64,000 nucleotides of DNA from Clostridia bacterium (GTDB taxonomy: Bacteria; Bacillota; Clostridia; Monoglobales; Monoglobaceae). The DNA lies in contig JAZRJL010000013.1 in NCBI GenBank assembly GCA_045645805.1, positions 4,582-68,581 of the forward strand. The letters run 5' to 3'. The translations under genes and the position numbers were made by a program. The stretch's first letter is position 1. Each line of letters starts with the position of its first letter. The notes beneath the pieces are model-generated. The model did not search any database. It was not told where the DNA came from and saw only the letters and a program-made list of their open reading frames with translations. Shown here one piece after another: positions 1 to 8,678 of the stretch.

Positions 1-1
1 G

Positions 2-292
2 GCAGCTGATGAGCAGCTGCCGTCGGTGAGGGATTTGTCAGTCAGCCTTACGGTAAACCCAAACACGGTACAGCGTGCATACAAGACTTTGGAGGCAGAG
101 GGGGTAATATATTCAATTCGCGGCAAGGGGAATTTTGTAGCAAGGATGCCTGAAGCTGACCAAAAGACCATGGACAGCCTTTATCATACACTTTTTGAAA
201 CGATGCGTGAGATTTTGTTCTACGGCGAAAGCAAAGAAAGCATTGAAAAAGTGCTTGATAAGGTTATTGAAGAAAGGGAGGATGCTGTGTGA
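2..292 (+). CDS. GntR/YtrA-family transcriptional regulator (N-terminus lies upstream of the window)
   Basis: Open in frame from base 2. The winged-helix signature LPSVRDLSVSLTVNPNTVQRAYKTLEAEGVIYSIRGKGNFV is present. The stop overlaps the GTG start of the next gene (GTGTGA). Confidence 0.85.
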   Translation, partial: AADEQLPSVRDLSVSLTVNPNTVQRAYKTLEAEGVIYSIRGKGNFVARMPEADQKTMDSLYHTLFETMREILFYGESKESIEKVLDKVIEEREDAV

Positions 293-1188
293 TTAAAGCA
301 AAAAATGTTGTAAAGACCTTTGGCGGTTTTCGTGCTCTTGACGGACTTTGTATCACGGTGCCCAAGGGCAGTATATACGGACTTGTAGGACCTAACGGAG
401 CTGGTAAAACTACAATAATAAATCATCTTATGGGCGTTCTTAAGCAAACTGAAGGCTTTGTTGAGATAGATGGGGAGGCTGTTTGGGAAAACAGCGAGCT
501 GAAGCAAAGGGTTCTTTGCATAAATGACGAATGGTATTTTTATCCAAGCTTTACCGTAAAGGAAATGGCAAAGCACTATGAGGATATGTATAAAAGCTTC
601 AACCGCGAAAGATACGAAAGATTGGGCGAGGTTTTAAAAATTGAGGAAAATCGCCAGATACGCAGACTTTCAAAGGGAATGAAAAAGCAGGTGGCTTTCA
701 GAATTGTGCTTTCCTGTATGCCCGAAGTTCTTATTCTTGACGAGCCCCTTGACGGTCTTGACCCTGTAATGAGAAAGCAGATTATGAACATAATTATTTC
801 GGACGTTGCTGAAAGGCAAATGACCGTGCTTGTTTCAAGCCACAACCTGCGTGAGCTTGAGGATATCTGTGACCATGTCGGAATTATCCACAAGGGCAGA
901 ATGGTAATGGAAAAGCCGCTTGATGACCTTAAGGGTAATATTCAAAAGGTTCAGTTGGTGTTTAAGGATGAGTTCCCCGAGACACTTCAAGGCGAGCTTG
1001 AAATTCTTCATACCTCAAAAACAGGCTCAGTTACAACCGTAATTGTACGGGGCGACAGCAAAGAGGTTGAAGACAAAATACGGGCATACAGTCCCGTGAT
1101 TTTTGACAAGGTAAGTCTTACCTTGGAGGAAGTATTTATCTATGAGTTGGGAGGTCTGGGCTATGACTTTACGCACATCATTGTTTAA
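289..1188 (+). CDS. ABC transporter ATP-binding protein
   Basis: Walker A GPNGAGKTT, signature LSKGMKKQ, Walker B VLILDEPLDGLD and H-loop SSHNL are present. GGGAGG lies 8 nt upstream of the GTG start. Confidence 0.9.
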   Translation: MIKAKNVVKTFGGFRALDGLCITVPKGSIYGLVGPNGAGKTTIINHLMGVLKQTEGFVEIDGEAVWENSELKQRVLCINDEWYFYPSFTVKEMAKHYEDMYKSFNRERYERLGEVLKIEENRQIRRLSKGMKKQVAFRIVLSCMPEVLILDEPLDGLDPVMRKQIMNIIISDVAERQMTVLVSSHNLRELEDICDHVGIIHKGRMVMEKPLDDLKGNIQKVQLVFKDEFPETLQGELEILHTSKTGSVTTVIVRGDSKEVEDKIRAYSPVIFDKVSLTLEEVFIYELGGLGYDFTHIIV

Positions 1189-3244
1189 TCAAGGAATATT
1201 TGAAAATGCATTAAAAAGATTTAAATGGGGCAGCTTTTTGTATTTTGTAATATTGTTTTTAAGCGTGCCCTTTGCCCTGCTTGTTGAGGATGCCAGCCAA
1301 CTTGTTGAAAGATATGCTCTTTCAATGAATGTAAGTCCTATCCTGATGCGAGGTGATTACATAGGATTTCCGGTGATTTTTGCAATACTTGTCCCAACGG
1401 TGGTTGCGGCACTTGTTTTCAACAATATGCATTCTGCAAAGCAAAGTGTATTTGTCCACAGCCTGCCGGTTGACCGCAAGGCAAATTATATTTCAAACCT
1501 GCTTGCATCCTTTGTGCTTATGGCAGCACCTGTTGTACTTAATGGAGCAATACTTATGATTATGAGCTTTACTGCATACAGTCAGGTTATTTCATCATGG
1601 TCGGTCGTATACTGGATGTTTGTAAATCTTTCAGTTCTGTTCATAATGTTTTCGGTTGCTGTATTCACTGCGTTTCTAACGGGAAATACAGCGGCACATA
1701 TTGGGGTAAATGTGTTTATTCATACAATACCCATGATTGCGGCGCTTATAATCTTTTTGATAAGTGAAGAGTTTTTGTATGGTTTTATTCAGTCCGACAG
1801 CTTTATTGCCGACGAACTGATGACAAACACGCCCGTTGTATGGCTGTTTGGAAAAACCGTGAACGGTTACCGTAGTGGCTTTAACATATTTACAGAGCCG
1901 CAGATGTGGATTTTTCTGATTGGGGCAGTGTTGGTTTATGCTCTTGCGTTTTTGCTTTACAGAAACCGAAAGGTAGAGGCTTGTGGTGATGTTGCAGCAT
2001 TCAAGGTGTTTGGACCTATACTTAAATATACGGTTGTGACAGCAGTTGCTGCAGCGGTTCTGGGGATACTTGCTTCAACAGAAATGAGTGCATTCTTTAT
2101 ATTTACTGTGGCTTTGGTGCTTTGTGCAATTGTGTATTTTGCAGCTGAAATGCTTATGAACAAGTCTTTTAAGGTGTTTAAGACTTCATACAAAGGTTTT
2201 TGCGGATTTACAGTTTGCTGTGCAGCATTTATTGCATTCTTTGCCTTTACAAGTGTATTTGGATACGAAACAAGAATACCCAAAAGCGAAAATATTGAAA
2301 AAGCATCAGCATATGTTACATGGAGTGAAGAAAAACCTGTTGTTGATGACCGTACTTTGATAGAGGATGTAAGGGCAATCCACAAAGATATTATTTCGGA
2401 CATTCCGGTGGTAGATGATAATGCACATGGTTATTTAAAGATTTCATACCAATTAACTAATGGCAAAACCCTTGACCGAGCATACCGTGTATCTCAGCAG
2501 GTGTATGATAATGCACTTTCAAAAATGTATGAGAATACGGAATATAAGCTTAAGGTGACAGGACTTGAAAATTTGAACATTGAGAATGTTGACAACCTGA
2601 CCCTTGGCGCATATATGGGTAGATTTAACTATTACATTTCTCTTAACGAGGATGCAAAGGAGCTTTTGAAGGCTGTTAAAAAGGATATAGAAGAGGGGTC
2701 ATATAAGGAAATCGAGGATTATGACAGAACTCTTCGTATAAGACTTGAGGTAAGCTGTACCGTGCTTGAAAATGTAACAAAACAGATATTTAAGAATCCC
2801 GGATACAGTGCAGATTCCGAAGAAGCACAGTATGCAATAAAGAGCTTTGACATTGCAATTAACCCAAGCTTTAAAAATGCGTATGCGTTTTTGGAGGAAA
2901 AAGGATATTATGACCAGATTATTAATCAGGCATCACAAAGCCTGTGCATAGCAAAAAAACCGGTTTACCGTGAAGGGGAAACTTATACCTATAAGGGAGA
3001 TGTGGGAAGATTTGAAGAATTTCGTGTAGGTGCATCGGATTTTGCAAGCCTGAGCGTGGAGGACGCTGCAAAGCTTGCAAACTGGTTGGCAGGCAGAAGT
3101 ACAGGAAACATTCCTGAGGGTAAAAGCTATTTCGTATTCTGCCGGACACGAAATGTAGGTGACGAGATTTGGTTTGGTGAAAAGAACTATGCAATCTCAG
3201 AAGCCGAGATGCCGGAGTATATGAAAAAATATATAGAAGAATAG
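1163..3244 (+). CDS. Multi-pass ABC-2-type permease-like membrane protein with a ~330-aa hydrophilic C-terminal domain
   Basis: ATG 1163 is preceded by GGGAGG (1149-1154); the ORF-track start at 1142 is also possible. The first ~370 aa form a run of hydrophobic helices and the rest is hydrophilic. It sits directly after the GntR and ATPase genes. Confidence 0.6.
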   Translation: MTLRTSLFNQGIFENALKRFKWGSFLYFVILFLSVPFALLVEDASQLVERYALSMNVSPILMRGDYIGFPVIFAILVPTVVAALVFNNMHSAKQSVFVHSLPVDRKANYISNLLASFVLMAAPVVLNGAILMIMSFTAYSQVISSWSVVYWMFVNLSVLFIMFSVAVFTAFLTGNTAAHIGVNVFIHTIPMIAALIIFLISEEFLYGFIQSDSFIADELMTNTPVVWLFGKTVNGYRSGFNIFTEPQMWIFLIGAVLVYALAFLLYRNRKVEACGDVAAFKVFGPILKYTVVTAVAAAVLGILASTEMSAFFIFTVALVLCAIVYFAAEMLMNKSFKVFKTSYKGFCGFTVCCAAFIAFFAFTSVFGYETRIPKSENIEKASAYVTWSEEKPVVDDRTLIEDVRAIHKDIISDIPVVDDNAHGYLKISYQLTNGKTLDRAYRVSQQVYDNALSKMYENTEYKLKVTGLENLNIENVDNLTLGAYMGRFNYYISLNEDAKELLKAVKKDIEEGSYKEIEDYDRTLRIRLEVSCTVLENVTKQIFKNPGYSADSEEAQYAIKSFDIAINPSFKNAYAFLEEKGYYDQIINQASQSLCIAKKPVYREGETYTYKGDVGRFEEFRVGASDFASLSVEDAAKLANWLAGRSTGNIPEGKSYFVFCRTRNVGDEIWFGEKNYAISEAEMPEYMKKYIEE

Positions 3245-3273
3245 AAGAAACAATTTTACCTATTCCTAAAAAA

Positions 3274-3302
3274 AGCGGCTGTTGCGTAATGCAACAGCCG
3301 CT
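3274..3302. terminator. Bidirectional hairpin terminator between convergent genes
   Basis: AGCGGCTGTTGC-GTAAT-GCAACAGCCGCT is a perfect 12-bp stem flanked by A-run and T-run. Confidence 0.75.
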
Positions 3303-3318
3303 TTACTTTGTTATTAAA

Positions 3319-4191
3319 TTACATTGTTTTTACCGAGTGTGAATATTCACTTGGTGACATTCCCGTAACCTTTTTGAACTGTCTTGAAAAATAATGTATT
3401 CCCGAATACCCCAAAACATCTGCAATCTGGGTTATATTATAGGTATCTTCACGCAAAAAACGCTTTGCCTGCTCAATTTTAAGTCGGATAAAATATTCAA
3501 TGGCACCCATCCCAAAATTATCCTTAAAGGAATTTGTAATGGTTGCCTTGTTCGCCCCGCTGTATGCAATAAGGTCGCATAACTGAAGGTTTTTACAGAT
3601 GTTGTCTTCCATAAAGTTTACAAGCAGATCAACAAGTGCATCAGAGGAGGTGCTTTTAAACAAAGATGCCTGATTTGATAACGGCACGGAGCTTCGCATA
3701 AGTGAAATTAAAAATTCGCTTATGGTTTGTTTAAGAAGCTGCATTGAACCGATTGAGCTGTTTGCTTTAAGCTCAAGGCAGCCATTGCCTGGAATATTTA
3801 GTGGAGTTGAAAAGGCATTTGAATATTCAGCAAGCATACGCGAGATAAGTTTTTTTTGATAATTATTTACCGATAGAATTTTATCTTCAAAAAATGTCAT
3901 TGCATCTGATTTACAGCTGAACGAAACAACTGCAATGTTGGGAGCAACAGTGCAGTTTGCTTTAAGCTTGTGCCATTCGCCGGGCTTATGAAAAATTATA
4001 CTTCCTTGTTCAAGAGAATGTTCGGTTTGGTTGGCAATAACTGTAATTTTGCCTTTATCAACATAGACCATTTCCCAAAAATCATGGGCTTCGCCTGAAT
4101 AATGACATTTGCTTGAAAATTCGTAGTAATGAACCGTAAAAAGCTGGTCAATGGAAATTATATCGTCAAGGGGACAGCCTATATATGTCAT
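3319..4191 (-). CDS. AraC-family transcriptional regulator (cupin sensor domain plus HTH)
   Basis: 290 aa. The C-terminal AraC HTH reads ITQIADVLGYSGIHYFSRQFKKVTGMSPSEY. The N-terminal half is cupin-like. Confidence 0.85.
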   Translation of the reverse strand: MTYIGCPLDDIISIDQLFTVHYYEFSSKCHYSGEAHDFWEMVYVDKGKITVIANQTEHSLEQGSIIFHKPGEWHKLKANCTVAPNIAVVSFSCKSDAMTFFEDKILSVNNYQKKLISRMLAEYSNAFSTPLNIPGNGCLELKANSSIGSMQLLKQTISEFLISLMRSSVPLSNQASLFKSTSSDALVDLLVNFMEDNICKNLQLCDLIAYSGANKATITNSFKDNFGMGAIEYFIRLKIEQAKRFLREDTYNITQIADVLGYSGIHYFSRQFKKVTGMSPSEYSHSVKTM

Positions 4192-4242
4192 AGAAAAGCC
4201 TCCGTTTTTATAATAAATGTTTCATCGACATATCAATATTTA

Positions 4243-4653
4243 TTATAAAAGAACAACGTCAATATCGCCCGAACGGTTGGTTGCGGGCTTGTTTTTTGAT
4301 AAAAATTCCTTTATTTTATTAAAGCTTACGTCACTGATGTCGTGTTCAATCTTGCAGCTGTCTTCGTATGCGGTTTCTTCGTCAACGCCAAGTGCCATAA
4401 GGGCACTTGCAATAGTCTGATGCCGTTCATAGACATATTCGGCAATTTCAAGACCCTGCTTGGTAAGAAGTATGTTGCCGTTTTCGTCAATTGAAATATG
4501 CCCCTTTTCGCGAAGAGCCTTCATTGCAATTGAAACGCTGGGCTTTGAAAAAGAAAGCTCATGAGCAATATCAATGCTACGCACATGACCGTTTTTCTTG
4601 TAAAGCATCAGTATAGTTTCGAGATAGTTTTCAGCAGATTCGTTAATTTTCAT
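4243..4653 (-). CDS. DtxR/MntR-family metal-dependent transcriptional repressor
   Basis: Start is trimmed to MKINESAENYLETI (ATG 4653). The family signature AENYLETILML..VRSIDIAHELSFSKPSVSIAMKAL and a C-terminal metal-binding helix region are present. Confidence 0.85.
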   Translation of the reverse strand: MKINESAENYLETILMLYKKNGHVRSIDIAHELSFSKPSVSIAMKALREKGHISIDENGNILLTKQGLEIAEYVYERHQTIASALMALGVDEETAYEDSCKIEHDISDVSFNKIKEFLSKNKPATNRSGDIDVVLL

Positions 4654-4770
4654 AGCTGTTTTACTCCAAATTTTAATATTGATGCTTATATTATACCAAA
4701 ACAAAAAGCACTTGTCAAATTTCCTGAAAAAATCTGATAAGTGCCTTTTGTATTAAAGAAGAAATATGTA

Positions 4771-5028
4771 TTAAATAATATATATGTTTGCCAGAACGTC
4801 GCAAAGCGAAACAGGATACACATCGTTTTCTGCAAGCCAACGGCAGTATTCATATGCTTCCTCCTGTGTAAAGAACAGATTTTCAGCTGTGGCAAAGTCT
4901 TCGGCATCTGTTTTTGAGAACGCTTTTATTCCGTAGTGTCTGGGAACATCTGTATTGCGGTTGCAAATAACCTGAAAGCTTGTGCCGCAGGATGATGTAT
5001 ATTCCTTATCTGTTATGGTAGTATCCAT
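4771..5028 (-). CDS. Small hypothetical protein (85 aa)
   Basis: The ATG at 5028 is preceded by GGAGGTACTTAAA. The longer ORF-track start has no RBS. No domain is recognised with certainty. Confidence 0.5.
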   Translation of the reverse strand: MDTTITDKEYTSSCGTSFQVICNRNTDVPRHYGIKAFSKTDAEDFATAENLFFTQEEAYEYCRWLAENDVYPVSLCDVLANIYII

Positions 5029-5259
5029 TTTAAGTACCTCCCAATTGAGTTTAGTGTTCAAGAAATATTTTATCGCTTTCAAAAAATATTTCCATTTAAT
5101 GTTATCGACAAAAAGCGACAAATAAAAAAATCCTTATTTATAAAGAAAAACTGACAAAAAATGACTAAATCTTACATATAGAATAAATATTATGTAAACT
5201 AAAAGAGAGAAAAAAGCAAAAAAATAATTAAAATTTGGTATTGGCGGAAGGTTGGTTGC

Positions 5260-5288
5260 TTGACGTTTTTCAGGATTTGTAGTATTCT
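5260..5288 (+). promoter_or_regulatory. Candidate sigma-A promoter for the long leader of the MOP flippase gene
   Basis: TTGACG (5260-5265), 17-nt spacer, TATTCT (5283-5288). Confidence 0.45.
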
Positions 5289-5370
5289 ATCAATATGATG
5301 GAAAATTTGGGTTTGATATAAAATGTTTTAAGAATAAATGCCGGACTTGCGGTAATATAAATTAAAAACG

Positions 5371-5652
5371 GGTTAAGCCGAGGGGAGTTGAACGCCATAA
5401 GGTTTAAAAATATAAATTTTGTGAAATACTGTGGAAAAATCCGCAAATATACAAAAGTATTATTCAAAAATTTTCCCTTGTCTTTCATCAAAATTTATTA
5501 TTTTTAAACTCTTCGACCTTAAACGCAGAGAAATTTAGTGCGATTTCAATGCGGAGGACGAAGACAGGCTAGCGCCTTTCAAGGACGACAAGTTGAAAGG
5601 GTGCAAATTAATCAAGTTTAAGGCTTAAGGGGCTCGACTCCCCTCGGCTTAA
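5371..5652 (+). repeat. 282-nt element bounded by a perfect 16-bp inverted repeat (structured leader RNA or MITE)
   Basis: TTAAGCCGAGGGGAGT (5372-5387) is the exact reverse complement of ACTCCCCTCGGCTTAA (5637-5652). An internal 8-bp hairpin CCTTTCAA/TTGAAAGG lies at about 5574-5600. Confidence 0.5.
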
Positions 5653-5677
5653 AATATAATTATCGGGAGGAATTTTT

Positions 5678-7408
5678 TTGAAGGATAAAAAAACCGGATT
5701 TATAAAGGGTGCTCTTATACTTGCAGGGGCAAACTTTCTTGTAAAGATAATAGGTGCTTTTTTTAAGGTTCCGCTTTATAACCTCATTGGTGAGGATGGA
5801 AACGGTGTATTTAACGTTGCGTATCAGATTTATACATTTATGTTTATAATCGCAACGGCAGGCTTTCCTATTGCGGTTTCAAAAATGGTTGCCGAAAGTG
5901 TCGCAAAAAATGACGAATATGATGCACGGCGGATATTTGAAACAGCAGCGGTGCTTTTAGGTGTTATAGGCCTTGCCGGAAGTATAGTGCTTTATGCATT
6001 TGCTGACAAGCTTGCGGCGCTTCTTAACAATCCTGATTCAGAAATGGCAATACGGACAATTGCTCCGGCTGTGTTTTTTGTATCTTTGGTATCGGCATAC
6101 CGAGGATATTTTCAGGGACGGCAGAATATGTATCCAACTGCTGCGTCCGAAGTGGTGGAGGCAGCATCAAAGCTGATTTTGGGAATTGTTGCGGCTTCTG
6201 CAATTATGAGTATGAGGTTTACCCCGTACAATCCGGCGGGCACAAGCGTTCCTGAAGAAATTTTTTCATCATCCCACGAAAGGACAGTATATTCGGCAAC
6301 AGGTGCAATTTTTGGTGTGACAGCAGGTACGTTTCTTGCCCTTATATTGATGATGATTATTTTTGCCTGCAAGGGAAAAAGACCTCATCTGATTAGCAAT
6401 CAAGCCATAAGACCAAGACGTGAAATTCTTAAACAGCTTGTTGTTATTGCAGTTCCAATTACAATCGGTGCATCGGTTTCAAGCCTTACAAGTCTTGTTG
6501 ACCTTGCGACTATTATGAACCGTCTTGTTGTTAATCCGGATGTGTTTGAAAATTATGCACATATATTTGCCAAAGGCACGGAATTTGCAAAATCTATGGT
6601 CGAGGAAGGCTGGGAAGGCATTGTTCTTCTTCAGAAAAAGGCAAATTCTCTGTATGGAATGTATACCGGTCAGGCACAGACAATGTTTAATCTGCCCCTT
6701 ACTATTGTTGTGGGACTTAGTATGAGTATTGTTCCGGCAATCTCGACTGCACTTGCTGAAAACAAACCCCGTGATGCACACGAAATTACAGCCAGCGTAC
6801 TCAGAATAACTATGCTTTTTGCACTTCCCTGTGCTATGGGATTTTTTGTGTTGTCCGAGCCTATACTGAAAGTGCTTTACAGCGATGCAAATGCATATAT
6901 TCTGCTTCAAAAACTTGCACCGGCTGTTGTTTTTGTCGCACTGGTCTCGGTCAGCAATGCTGTGCTTCAGGCGTACGGAAAGGTGTATTATCCTGTTGTG
7001 AATATGCTTGCGGGCGGAATTGTCAAGGTGCTTATGAATTATATGCTTATACCCGTATGGGGTATTGATGCGGCACCTATTGCAACAACAGCCTGCTATG
7101 CAATTATTGCTATACTGAATATTATTTGTATTACAGGTATGATAAAGGTAAGACTTAGTGTTTTATATATGGTTATAAAACCTGTTGCTGCTGCGGTAAT
7201 TATGGGTGCTGCGGTTGTTTTGGTATATGGGGCACTTAATAAAGTTATGCCTGCGTCAAAAATTGTTACGATTGCGGCAATCGGCATTGGGGCAGTTGTA
7301 TATGGCATAGCATTGATTGCGATAAGGGGACTTAAAAAAGAGGACGTTCTTAATTTGCCTAAGGGTTCTCAAATTGCAGAGATTATGACGAAATATAAAC
7401 TGCTTTAA
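5678..7408 (+). CDS. MOP-superfamily polysaccharide/lipid II flippase-like protein (MurJ/SpoVB/YabM type)
   Basis: 576 aa with about 14 hydrophobic helices. The N-terminus is GALILAGANFLVKIIGAFFKVPLYNLIG. The TTG start lies 8 nt after GGGAGG. The yabM-mazG-yabO order matches Bacillus. Confidence 0.8.
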   Translation: MKDKKTGFIKGALILAGANFLVKIIGAFFKVPLYNLIGEDGNGVFNVAYQIYTFMFIIATAGFPIAVSKMVAESVAKNDEYDARRIFETAAVLLGVIGLAGSIVLYAFADKLAALLNNPDSEMAIRTIAPAVFFVSLVSAYRGYFQGRQNMYPTAASEVVEAASKLILGIVAASAIMSMRFTPYNPAGTSVPEEIFSSSHERTVYSATGAIFGVTAGTFLALILMMIIFACKGKRPHLISNQAIRPRREILKQLVVIAVPITIGASVSSLTSLVDLATIMNRLVVNPDVFENYAHIFAKGTEFAKSMVEEGWEGIVLLQKKANSLYGMYTGQAQTMFNLPLTIVVGLSMSIVPAISTALAENKPRDAHEITASVLRITMLFALPCAMGFFVLSEPILKVLYSDANAYILLQKLAPAVVFVALVSVSNAVLQAYGKVYYPVVNMLAGGIVKVLMNYMLIPVWGIDAAPIATTACYAIIAILNIICITGMIKVRLSVLYMVIKPVAAAVIMGAAVVLVYGALNKVMPASKIVTIAAIGIGAVVYGIALIAIRGLKKEDVLNLPKGSQIAEIMTKYKLL

Positions 7409-7439
7409 CCGGCAGAACAGAAGATGAAAGGGCTTTTAT

Positions 7440-8129
7440 ATGAGTAAGGAATATACATTTGAAGATTTGCTTGAAATTGTTAAAAAACTTCGAGGTGAAG
7501 GCGGTTGCCCATGGGATATGGAGCAGACTCATGACAGTATCAAGCATAACATAATTGAAGAGGGCTATGAGTTTATTGAAGCTTTGAAGGACGGCGATTT
7601 CTCCCAAATGGCTGACGAAAGCGGAGATTTGCTTTTGCAGGTGGTATTTCATGCCCGGATAGGCGAGGAAAACGGTGAATACGACATTAACGACGTTATT
7701 TCGGCTGTATGCAAAAAGCTTATACACCGTCATCCCCATGTCTTTGGTGATGTATCGGTAAAAGACAGTGACGAGGTTTTGAAAAACTGGAACAAAATCA
7801 AACGTGATGACCGTGGACAAAAGACGGTTGCTCAGGAAATGCAGGGGGTATCCAAATTTATACCGTCGCTTATGCGTGCTCAGAAAATTCAGGGAAAGGC
7901 TGAAAAAAGCGGATATATATTCAACGAGCCGCCTGTGGCTGTTGAAAGCATTGCCAATATGACAAATATTCTTTCAGCAAACGAGGACAAGGAAATTGCA
8001 GAAAAATATATAGGCAAGATGCTTTTTGAGCTTGTTTCTGTTGCCAAAACCCATGGTGTAGATGCTGAGACGGCACTTAGCAGGCATATAAATTCCTTTA
8101 TATCAGAATTTGAAAAATACGAATCTTAA
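7440..8129 (+). CDS. mazG: MazG-family nucleoside triphosphate pyrophosphohydrolase
   Basis: MazG helices IIEEGYEFIEAL, GDLLLQVVFHARI and HRHPHVFG are present. Confidence 0.9.
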   Translation: MSKEYTFEDLLEIVKKLRGEGGCPWDMEQTHDSIKHNIIEEGYEFIEALKDGDFSQMADESGDLLLQVVFHARIGEENGEYDINDVISAVCKKLIHRHPHVFGDVSVKDSDEVLKNWNKIKRDDRGQKTVAQEMQGVSKFIPSLMRAQKIQGKAEKSGYIFNEPPVAVESIANMTNILSANEDKEIAEKYIGKMLFELVSVAKTHGVDAETALSRHINSFISEFEKYES

Positions 8130-8144
8130 AATGGAGAAAAAAGA

Positions 8145-8399
8145 ATGAGGCTTGACAAATATCTTAAGGTTTCCAGACTGATTAAGCGTCGTACCGTTGC
8201 AAACGAAGCATGTGACGGCGGACGTGTTTCGGTTAACGGAAAAGTGGTAAAAGCATCTTACGATGTAAAGGTGGGTGACGAAATGGAAATCCGTTTCGGC
8301 AGTCGTACCCTTAAAATCAAGGTAACAGAGGTGCGTGAACAGGTAGGAAAAAGCGAAGCTGCAACACTTTACGAGGTTTTGCCCGAGGTGCAGCGGTAG
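8145..8399 (+). CDS. yabO: S4-domain RNA-binding protein (YabO/RqcP, Hsp15-like)
   Basis: 84 aa. The sequence MRLDKYLKVSRLIKRRTVANEACDGGRVSVNGKVVKAS is an S4 fold. It sits directly after mazG as in Bacillus. Confidence 0.8.
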   Translation: MRLDKYLKVSRLIKRRTVANEACDGGRVSVNGKVVKASYDVKVGDEMEIRFGSRTLKIKVTEVREQVGKSEAATLYEVLPEVQR

Positions 8400-8454
8400 C
8401 CGGCTTTAATTTGCAAAAAACTTTGCAAAATGCACAATTTTGTTCAAAAAATAC

Positions 8455-8483
8455 TTGACAAATTGCCGTAAATTTATTAAAAT
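8455..8483 (+). promoter_or_regulatory. Candidate sigma-A promoter P1 upstream of rny
   Basis: TTGACA (8455-8460), 17 nt, TAAAAT (8478-8483). Confidence 0.5.
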
Positions 8484-8533
8484 TATACTGTGTGGATTAT
8501 TGTCAAAGTGATGGACCTTTTTCAAATACTTCA

Positions 8534-8564
8534 TTGACAAAACACACACTTTGTTCTTTATAAT
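8534..8564 (+). promoter_or_regulatory. Candidate sigma-A promoter P2 upstream of rny
   Basis: TTGACA (8534-8539), 19 nt, TATAAT (8559-8564). The spacer is slightly long. Confidence 0.4.
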
Positions 8565-8678
8565 GTATTTCTTGCAAAACGGTTACGTTGTTAAATAAAG
8601 CGTTACAAATCGGTGGATATCATCGGTATATCTTAACAATTATTCTATGATTTAATCGTCAAATAAACAGTTTAGGAG

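Noticed and set aside
5270-5491. 73-aa minus-strand ORF in the flippase leader region.
   Set aside because: The translation is AT-rich and rich in Phe, Ile and Lys. It has no RBS and overlaps the candidate promoter and the left arm of the inverted repeat. It is most likely non-coding.
5371-5652. Possible tmRNA or tRNA-like gene. GGGG-CTCGACT-CCCC resembles a T-arm, and the flanking TTAAGCCGA/TCGGCTTAA resembles an acceptor stem.
   Set aside because: There is no G-U alanine identity pair, no CCA or discriminator context, no resume codon or tag ORF and no pseudoknot-rich interior; the interior is AT-rich. The element is too short for tmRNA, and smpB is not nearby. SRP, RNase P and 6S signature sequences are also absent.
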